Shown here: positions 1-6,610 of the stretch, in pieces | Layout: every line of letters begins with the position of its first letter | Numbering within the stretch: the first letter of the stretch is position 1 | Assembly (NCBI GenBank): GCA_013151235.1 | Contig: JAADIO010000030.1 | Location: forward strand, 1-34,197 | Origin: Deltaproteobacteria bacterium | GTDB lineage: Bacteria > CG2-30-53-67 | Length of the DNA stretch: 34,197 nucleotides | Direction: 5' to 3' | Notes under the pieces: generated by a model | Told to the model about the DNA's origin: nothing | The model's input: the letters and a program-made list of their open reading frames with translations, nothing else | Database searches by the model: none | Position numbers and translations under genes: made by a program

Positions 1-316
1 AATCAATAAGTATACTATTGTAGTCTTTAGCACCAAATAAAACTCTTCCACAAAAAATACAATCAACAAAACTTATTTCTTCAGAATCTCTAAGGTTTAA
101 ATTGGGCAGATCAACAATACAGTTCTTAAACTCAATTTTTTCTTTATATATTCGCCCCTCTTCTCTATCATACTCTATTCCTATTATTTTATTGGCATTT
201 CCAATATTCAAAACTTTCAATGAAGGTATCAGTTGGTCGGATTTTAACAACTTGTCTAAATCACCACGACTATAAATTTGCAATTCTTCTAATATGTTAG
301 CGAGATACTCTGCCAT
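1..316 (-). CDS. First integron cassette gene, hypothetical protein (partial, runs off the left edge)
   Basis: Not in the ORF track. Manual translation from ATG at 316 gives 105 uninterrupted codons (MAEYLANILEELQIYSRGDLDKLLKSDQLIPSLKVLNIG...CIFCGRVLFGAKDYNSILID). Strongly AT-rich relative to the window, divergent from intI, starts about 45 nt after the attI-like core. Confidence 0.85.
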   Translation of the reverse strand, partial: MAEYLANILEELQIYSRGDLDKLLKSDQLIPSLKVLNIGNANKIIGIEYDREEGRIYKEKIEFKNCIVDLPNLNLRDSEEISFVDCIFCGRVLFGAKDYNSILID

Positions 317-353
317 TTGTTTAATCCGACTAATATGTTAATTTAACTTTTGC

Positions 354-414
354 ACACAACCATTGATTCACAGGCAAATTTGCCCTGATATAACTCCCAT
401 AAGGCACTATTAAC
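354..414 (-). other. attI-like integron recombination site
   Basis: Minus strand reads GTTAATA(414)..GTTATAT(394) CAGGGCAAATTTGCC TGTGAAT CAATG GTTGTGT(360): two GTT direct repeats 20 nt apart followed by an L/5-nt spacer/R-like simple site, lying between intI and the first cassette ORF. An alternative core GTTAAAT is at 347-341. Confidence 0.65.
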
Positions 415-473
415 GCACATTTGCCTTGCCCCATTATCACCCTTTGTGTTAATTTACACGAATTAATTTACTA

Positions 474-1475
474 ATGTCAACATCAAATAAACCATCAAAC
501 AAAATGAAACTTCTGGACGAAGTCCGAGCAGTGATGCGGCTGCATCACTATTCGATACACACGGAACGAACATACTGCGACTGGATCAAACGGTATGTGC
601 GGTTTCACAACATGACCTGCCGCAATGATCTGGCGGACGGCGAAGAGAAAATTGAGGCCTTCCTTACCCATCTGGCCGTTGATAAGTCCGTGGCTCCATC
701 GACGCAGAATCAGGCCATGAACGCTTTGGTTTTCCTACACAAAAGGGTTCTGAAAAACCCCCTGGACGGGGAAATCAATGCCATTCGAGCCAAGAAGAAA
801 GTCAACATTCCGGTTGTGATGACTCGCGAGGAAGTGGCCCGCGTGATTGCGCTTCTGGAAGGCGTTCCGCAACTGGTTGTGAAGTTACTCTATGGCTGTG
901 GGCTGCGAATCATGGAGGCTGCCCGCCTCCGGATAAAGGATATTGATTTTGACCAGAAGTGCCTCACGGTACGTTCAGGCAAAGGCGCCAAGGATCGTGT
1001 GACGACATTCCCGACTTCGACCATTCCGTTACTTGGAAACCACCTCACCAAAGTGAAGGTGATCCATTTGCAGGACCTAAAGAGGGGATATGGGGAGGTC
1101 TATCTGCCATTTGCTCTTGAAAGAAAATATCCCAATGCTTCGAAGGAATGGAATTGGCAGTATGTCTTCCCGGCCCACAATCTTGCTCAGGATCCTCGCA
1201 GCAACAAGGTGCGGCGGCACCATATCGACCCCAGCGTCGTCAATAAGGCCATCAAGGTGGCTGTTCATAAAACGGGAATCACGAAGCGTGTCAGCGCTCA
1301 TACCTTCCGGCACAGCTTTGCCACACATCTCTTGCAGCGCGGCACGGATATCCGGACGATACAGGCCTTGCTGGGCCACAAGGATGTTGCCACAACCATG
1401 ATCTACATGCACGTCCTGCAGCAGGGCGGCCAAGGGGTCCTGAGCCCCCTTGATGATCTTGAAGCCCCAATATAG
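474..1475 (+). CDS. intI: Integron integrase (tyrosine recombinase)
   Basis: Catalytic motifs [23 protein letters not shown] and LLGH...IY all present, plus the integron-specific insertion [30 protein letters not shown]. The start may be ATG 504. Confidence 0.97.
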   Translation: MSTSNKPSNKMKLLDEVRAVMRLHHYSIHTERTYCDWIKRYVRFHNMTCRNDLADGEEKIEAFLTHLAVDKSVAPSTQNQAMNALVFLHKRVLKNPLDGEINAIRAKKKVNIPVVMTREEVARVIALLEGVPQLVVKLLYGCGLRIMEAARLRIKDIDFDQKCLTVRSGKGAKDRVTTFPTSTIPLLGNHLTKVKVIHLQDLKRGYGEVYLPFALERKYPNASKEWNWQYVFPAHNLAQDPRSNKVRRHHIDPSVVNKAIKVAVHKTGITKRVSAHTFRHSFATHLLQRGTDIRTIQALLGHKDVATTMIYMHVLQQGGQGVLSPLDDLEAPI

Positions 1476-1576
1476 CAGAAGTTCCCCCAATAATAGCCAC
1501 TCTCAAGGTCGGAAATTTTGAAAAGAAGAGGGACTCATAAAAAGTCATATGCTTTTCGTTTTTGACTTTGGTTTTT

Positions 1577-1603
1577 CTCCGTGTCCTGGTGGTACATGCT
1601 TTT
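1577..1603 (-). repeat. Reduced copy of the intergenic AAAAGC..acCAC repeat-module family
   Basis: Minus strand AAAAGCATGTAC CACCAGGA CACGGAG resembles the module starts at 4314-4281 (-) and 25088-25112 (+). Confidence 0.5.
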
Positions 1604-1618
1604 GTCCCGCTTTGCTTC

Positions 1619-2644
1619 TCAGTCATCTTCATCGTCGGGAAAGTCGGGGAGGAACTTTGACCGGCGGGGCGGGTACCCTTCTTCCGTCTCCCACAAATCC
1701 TCCATTTCCCATTCGACCACCTTTTCCCGGGCATGGCGTTTCTTGCGATAGTAGACGTAGAGGAAAATGAGGGTCATGATGAACCAGAGGGCGGCCGTAG
1801 AAGTGATGACGGGGATCCAGGTATAACGGAACCGGAGCCAGCGGTGCCAGCGTCTCTCCAGTTCATAAAAGGTCATTCCAAAGGCGGCCTGGGCGCTTTG
1901 ACTCAGCGTCTTCCGATCCCGGAGATTCCCGAGGAATGCCTGAAAATCCTTCCGGCCGAAACGATTCATCAACCAGGAGACCATGGAGAAACTTTCGGCA
2001 TAGGCCGCTTCGGCCTCGTTGAAATCGACGGGGAAGGCGTGGTTCAGGGTCGCCAGGGGAATGAATTTCTTCTTCAGGGTCAAAGCCGAGATGACGGCCG
2101 TCGTTCGGAAGCTCCACTCCCTGGCCTCATACATGGCCAGCCCCTCGTCAAGCCATCGGGGAATGATCCCCCCCGACATGGCCTGGTGGAGGGTCAGGTG
2201 TGCCAGTTCATGGCGGAAGGTCTGAAAAGGATCGATCGTTCCGAAGAGGGCCGCCCGTGGAACTTTAAGGATCATCAGGTTCCGTTCGGGGTAGGCCAGA
2301 CCCGCGGCCCATTCAGGGGCCTTGTCTCCCTGGGGCTGACGATGCAGAAAGTCTTCATGACTTCCGGCAAGGTAGACTTCGATACCGGGACGGGGGGGGA
2401 TCCCCACATCGTCGACGACATCTTTGTAAACGGTTTCGCTGATCTTCGCAAGCGACTCGGCCAGCCGCCGGTCCCGTTCGGCAAAGGTGATGTGAAAATG
2501 CTCGGTCCGGAGTCCACCCCTAACGGCGGGAGCGGAGCGCGCATACGCTTTGATGGGGGGAAGGCAGATGAAGAGAATGAAGAGAGGCAAGAAAGCAAGA
2601 ATGGCGGAAGAGGAATTTTTTTGATCCGTAACACCGGGAATCAG
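1619..2644 (-). CDS. Membrane-anchored zinc metallopeptidase (peptidase MA-like/gluzincin)
   Basis: HExxH (FRHELAHL) plus downstream WLDEGLA; hydrophobic N-terminus; C-terminal TM followed by RKKRH. Track start is TTG 2590, but the frame is open to CTG at 2644, which follows AAGGAG. Confidence 0.85.
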   Translation of the reverse strand: MIPGVTDQKNSSSAILAFLPLFILFICLPPIKAYARSAPAVRGGLRTEHFHITFAERDRRLAESLAKISETVYKDVVDDVGIPPRPGIEVYLAGSHEDFLHRQPQGDKAPEWAAGLAYPERNLMILKVPRAALFGTIDPFQTFRHELAHLTLHQAMSGGIIPRWLDEGLAMYEAREWSFRTTAVISALTLKKKFIPLATLNHAFPVDFNEAEAAYAESFSMVSWLMNRFGRKDFQAFLGNLRDRKTLSQSAQAAFGMTFYELERRWHRWLRFRYTWIPVITSTAALWFIMTLIFLYVYYRKKRHAREKVVEWEMEDLWETEEGYPPRRSKFLPDFPDDEDD

Positions 2645-4068
2645 AGTCTCTCCTTAAGCAGTTTGTTCACCGCCGCCGGGTTGGCCTTGCCCCGGCTTGC
2701 CTTCATGACCTGACCGACGAAAAAACCGAGGACCTTTTCCTTGCCGGCGCGGAACTGATCCACCTGGGCGGGGTTGGCGGCGATCACCTCTTCCACGATC
2801 TTGACGATCTCCCCCTCGTCGGTAATCTGGACAAGGTTCTTCTCTTTCACGATAACCCCGGGGGACTTGCCCGACCGCATCATCTCGGCAAAGACGGTCT
2901 TGGCGATCTTGCCGCTGATGGTCCCCTTCCCGATCATCCCGATCATCTCCGCAAGCATTTCGGGGCGCACGGGACAGCTCAGGATCTCCTGTTCGTCTCC
3001 CTTGCATTCCCGCAACAGGTCCCCCATGATCCAGTTCGAGACGACTTTGGGGGACTGGGCCCGCTTGTTACATTCCTCAAAATAGGCCGCCAGTTCGCGC
3101 GACGCCGTCAGCACCTCGGCATCGTAGCGGGGAAGATCGTATTCCGTCACAAACCGTTCCCTCTTCGCATCGGGAAGTTCGGGGAGGGTCCCTTTCACCT
3201 CTTCGATCCAGGCATGATCCACCTGAAGGGGAACCAGATCGGGATCGGGGAAATAGCGATAGTCGTGGGCCTCTTCCTTGCCCCGCATGGAGAGGGTCAT
3301 CCCCCGGTCGGTGTCCCAGAGACGTGTCTCCTGGATGACCGATCCGCCTTCCTCGAGAAGCCGTGTCTGCCGTTTCACTTCATACTCCAGGGCTTTCTGG
3401 ACATTCCTGAAAGAATTCATATTCTTCAACTCGGCCTTGACACCCAGTTCCGTTGCACCCACCGGTCGCAGGGAGATGTTGGCATCACACCGGAGGGAAC
3501 CTTCCTCCATGTTCCCGTCACAGACATCAAGGTACCGAACGATACTCCGGAGCTTCCGCATATAAGCGGCGGCCTCCTCGGGTGTCCGGATGTCGGGTTC
3601 GCTGACGATCTCCATGAGGGGTACTCCCGTCCGGTTGAGATCGACGTAGCTCGACGGATCTCCTTTTTCCCCGTGGATGTTCTTTCCCGCATCCTCCTCC
3701 ATATGGATCCGGGTAATACCGATCCGCCGTTCCGTTCCGTTCACATCGATGATCAGGTGTCCATGTTCACAGAGCGGCAGTTCATACTGGGAGATCTGGT
3801 ACCCCTTGGGAAGGTCGGGATAGAAATAGTTTTTCCGGGCAAACCGGGAAACGGAATTGATCGTGCAGTTCAGGGCTAGGCCCGTTCGGATCGTATAATT
3901 GACCACCTCCCGGTTCAGTACCGGCAGGACCCCCGGCATCCCGAGGCAGACGGGGCAGGTATGGTGATTCGGATCCGCCCCGAAGGCGGTGCTGCAACCA
4001 CAGAAGATCTTCGATTTCGTCTTGAGCTGGGCATGAACCTCCAGCCCGATTACAGCTTCATATTCCAT
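2641..4068 (-). CDS. gatB: Asp/Glu-tRNA(Asn/Gln) amidotransferase subunit B
   Basis: N-terminal [37 protein letters not shown] and C-terminal [17 protein letters not shown]. Confidence 0.99.
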   Translation of the reverse strand: MEYEAVIGLEVHAQLKTKSKIFCGCSTAFGADPNHHTCPVCLGMPGVLPVLNREVVNYTIRTGLALNCTINSVSRFARKNYFYPDLPKGYQISQYELPLCEHGHLIIDVNGTERRIGITRIHMEEDAGKNIHGEKGDPSSYVDLNRTGVPLMEIVSEPDIRTPEEAAAYMRKLRSIVRYLDVCDGNMEEGSLRCDANISLRPVGATELGVKAELKNMNSFRNVQKALEYEVKRQTRLLEEGGSVIQETRLWDTDRGMTLSMRGKEEAHDYRYFPDPDLVPLQVDHAWIEEVKGTLPELPDAKRERFVTEYDLPRYDAEVLTASRELAAYFEECNKRAQSPKVVSNWIMGDLLRECKGDEQEILSCPVRPEMLAEMIGMIGKGTISGKIAKTVFAEMMRSGKSPGVIVKEKNLVQITDEGEIVKIVEEVIAANPAQVDQFRAGKEKVLGFFVGQVMKASRGKANPAAVNKLLKERL

Positions 4069-4077
4069 AGCATTCCT

Positions 4078-4315
4078 CGTCCCGGCTAAACCGGGACGCT
4101 ACAGGGTTTTGCCCGACATCGGTTTTCTTCATGGCCTTCATCTGCTTCATGGTAAATTGCTTTCCCGGTTTTGCTTTTCCTCTGCGTCCTTTGCGTCCTC
4201 TGCGAAATACCGCTTTCCGCTTTTGCCTTTGACGTTGCTTTGTCCCTCTGTGTCTTTGCCCCTCTGCCCCTTGCCTTTATCTCCGTGTTCTGTGTTCCGT
4301 GGTTGAATGCTTTTC
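4078..4315 (-). repeat. Composite array of four short tandem-repeat modules ending in a GTAG REP-like hairpin
   Basis: Modules at 4281-4301 (7 nt x3), 4238-4269 (8 nt x4), 4180-4204 (9 nt x3) and 4127-4151 (9 nt x3), separated by AAAGC-containing linkers. Hairpin CGTCCCGG-TTTAG-CCGGGACG (4098-4078) is directly preceded by GTAG on the minus strand. Confidence 0.85.
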
Positions 4316-4356
4316 GCTTTGATATGATTTTATTATGTACTCCATGGAGCCGCCCG

Positions 4357-5799
4357 TCACAGCACCGGCCGCTTTTTATGCCAGTCGGTCCGCTGTTCAT
4401 AGGCATAGGCGACATTCAGGATCGACGCTTCATCAAAGTGTTTTCCGAGGACCTGCAACCCGACGGGAAGGCCCGAATTATCGAAGCCGCAGGGAATGGA
4501 AATCGCCGGGATCCCCGCCAGGTTTACGGCAATGGTCAGAATATCGGAGAGGTACATCTGCAGCGGATCACCCACCTTCTCTCCGATTTTAAAGGCCGTT
4601 GTCGGCGCTGTGGGGGTGACAAGAACGTCAACCTTTTCGAAGACATGGTCGAAGTCCCGGCGGATCAGGGTCCGGACCTGCCGGGCCTTCCGATAGTAGG
4701 CATCGTAATAACCGGAGGAGAGGGCATAGGTGCCGAGCATGATTCTTCTTTTGACTTCCGGTCCAAAACCCTCGGACCGGGTCTTCCGGTACATCTCGAT
4801 CAACTCCTCCGCACCTTCCGCCCGGTAGCCGTACTTCACCCCGTCGTACCGTGCCAGATTGGATGATGCTTCGGCGGTCGCCAGGATGTAGTAGGTGGCC
4901 ACGGCATATTCGGTGTGAGGCAGGGAGACCTCAACAATCTTCGCCCCCTCTTTTTCAAGGAGGGCCAGTGCCCGCCGAACGGCCTCCTCCACTTCGGGTT
5001 GCATCCCCTCGACGAAATATTCCTTCGGAACGCCGATGGTCTTCCCGGAAAGCTCCCCCGTCAACGCTTCGGAATAATCCGGTACGGGATGATCCGCCGA
5101 GGTGGAGTCTTTGGGATCATGCCCGGCAATCGCCTGCAGAAGAAGCGCCGAATCTTCCACATCTTTCGTGAGAGGCCCGATCTGGTCAAGGGAGGAGGCA
5201 AAGGCAACGAGACCAAAGCGGGAGACCCGCCCGTAGGTCGGTTTCAAACCGACAACACCGCAGTGGGCCGCGGGCTGCCGGATGGAACCTCCCGTATCGG
5301 ACCCGAGGGCGGCGATACAGGCGTCGGCCGCCACTGCGGCCGCCGAGCCTCCGCTCGATCCGCCGGGGATACAGTCGGGATTCCAGGGATTCCGTGTCGT
5401 TCCCACAGCCGAGGTCTCGGTGGAAGAACCCATGGCAAATTCATCAAGATTGGTCTTCCCCAGCAGAACCGCCCCTTCCTTCTTCAGCCGTGTAACAACG
5501 CCGGCATCGTAGGGGGGAATAAAATTCTCCAGGATCTTCGAGGAACAGGTGGTGCGGATCCCCCGGGTCACGATATTGTCCTTCACGGCAAGAGGAATAC
5601 CGGTCAGGAGAGAATTCCCGGTCGCGGAACCTGCTGCATCGGCCGAGTCTTCCTTCTGCAATACTGTCACATAAGAGTGGATCTTCGGCTCCACGGCCTC
5701 AATCCGACGGCGCAGTGCATCGAGCAACTCCTCTGAAGTGACCCGGCCTTCCCGCAAGACTTCCGCCGCTTCATGTATGGTCAGTTGATGCAGTTCCAT
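4357..5799 (-). CDS. gatA: Asp/Glu-tRNA(Asn/Gln) amidotransferase subunit A
   Basis: Amidase signature [25 protein letters not shown] and [15 protein letters not shown]. Start reassigned to ATG 5799 ([10 protein letters not shown]), just after the panD stop. Confidence 0.98.
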   Translation of the reverse strand: MELHQLTIHEAAEVLREGRVTSEELLDALRRRIEAVEPKIHSYVTVLQKEDSADAAGSATGNSLLTGIPLAVKDNIVTRGIRTTCSSKILENFIPPYDAGVVTRLKKEGAVLLGKTNLDEFAMGSSTETSAVGTTRNPWNPDCIPGGSSGGSAAAVAADACIAALGSDTGGSIRQPAAHCGVVGLKPTYGRVSRFGLVAFASSLDQIGPLTKDVEDSALLLQAIAGHDPKDSTSADHPVPDYSEALTGELSGKTIGVPKEYFVEGMQPEVEEAVRRALALLEKEGAKIVEVSLPHTEYAVATYYILATAEASSNLARYDGVKYGYRAEGAEELIEMYRKTRSEGFGPEVKRRIMLGTYALSSGYYDAYYRKARQVRTLIRRDFDHVFEKVDVLVTPTAPTTAFKIGEKVGDPLQMYLSDILTIAVNLAGIPAISIPCGFDNSGLPVGLQVLGKHFDEASILNVAYAYEQRTDWHKKRPVL

Positions 5800-5806
5800 C
5801 CCCTTT

Positions 5807-6166
5807 TCATTGCCCCTTATAAACGATGCGGTTCTCTGCATCTACATGGACGATCTTCGGCACATGGGAAGCAAGTTCCCCCTCAGCAAGATAGGCATAC
5901 TGGAAGATGATCACCAGGTCGCCCTTCCCCGCCTTGTGGGCCGCAGCCCCATTGACGCAGATCGTCCCGCTTCCCGCTTCACCGGGAATCACATAGGTCT
6001 CGAAGCGTTCACCGTTAGTCAGGTTTGCAATCCGGAGATGTTCATAAGGAAGAATCCCCGCCGCCTCCAAAAGCAAACCATCTATCGTGATGCTCCCTTC
6101 GTATTCGAGATTCGCATCCGTCACCGTGACTCGATGAATCTTTGATTGCAGGATTTTCCGCAACAT
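5807..6166 (-). CDS. panD: Aspartate 1-decarboxylase proenzyme
   Basis: [24 protein letters not shown] autocleavage site, NGERFETY and NGAAAH. Start reassigned to ATG 6166 after GAGGGGG. Confidence 0.97.
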   Translation of the reverse strand: MLRKILQSKIHRVTVTDANLEYEGSITIDGLLLEAAGILPYEHLRIANLTNGERFETYVIPGEAGSGTICVNGAAAHKAGKGDLVIIFQYAYLAEGELASHVPKIVHVDAENRIVYKGQ

Positions 6167-6226
6167 CACAGACCCCCTCTTTCGCACCCCTGCCGTATCC
6201 GGCAGGGAAACACCTTCCCCACGGCG

Positions 6227-6511
6227 TTAAATAATCTTCGGTACCTTGAAGAAACCTTTCCCGCTTTTCGGAGCATTGCTCAAGGTTTCCGCCTGCGGAA
6301 TGGAATCGCAGACCCGATCCTCCCGGATAACATTTCCCACCCGGATCACATGGGAGGTCGGTTCCACATCAGCGGTATCGAGTTCGTTCAGCTTGTCTAT
6401 ATAGGAAAGGATGGCATCCATCTGCCCCGTAAACCGGCCAATCTCTACGGAAGAGAGCTCGAGCCTTGCCAGATCGGCTACATGCTCTACTTCTTTTCTG
6501 CTGATTTTCAT
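6227..6511 (-). CDS. gatC: Asp/Glu-tRNA(Asn/Gln) amidotransferase subunit C
   Basis: MKISRKEVEHVADLARL...LNELDTADVEPTSH...NAP...FFKVPKII; start ATG 6511. Confidence 0.97.
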   Translation of the reverse strand: MKISRKEVEHVADLARLELSSVEIGRFTGQMDAILSYIDKLNELDTADVEPTSHVIRVGNVIREDRVCDSIPQAETLSNAPKSGKGFFKVPKII

Positions 6512-6558
6512 AACGGTCCTCGCAGCCTTCGACACTCCCTGAGCGATATCGAAATGTC

Positions 6559-6588
6559 GTTATAGCATATTATTTCGGGGAAAAACAA
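6559..6588 (-). promoter_or_regulatory. Putative sigma70 promoter of the gatC operon
   Basis: TTGTTT-18 nt-TATAAC with a TG extended -10 element. Confidence 0.5.
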
Positions 6589-6610
6589 CCGGAAAGCAGG
6601 AAACGAAAGC

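Noticed and set aside
1395-1416. IntI IYMHV instead of the usual IYTHV as a sign of inactivation
   Set aside because: The catalytic Tyr and the other catalytic residues are intact.
4078-4315. CRISPR array or attC cluster interpretation of the repeat modules
   Set aside because: No identical 23-50 nt repeats with unique spacers, no cas genes, and no RYYYAAC..GTTRRRY long hairpins.
4086-4415. ORFs 4086-4415 (-), 4109-4306 (+) and 4171-4866 (+) over the gatA-gatB spacer
   Set aside because: Their repetitive peptides (QRTQRTQR, LCVLCVLC) are by-products of the DNA repeats; no RBS or family motif, and two overlap gatA.
5800-6535. Longer ORF-track starts for gatA (5841), panD (6187) and gatC (6535)
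   Set aside because: Downstream ATGs match the family N-termini and have better RBS spacing; the same applies to nikR, the porin and the 19295 lipoprotein.
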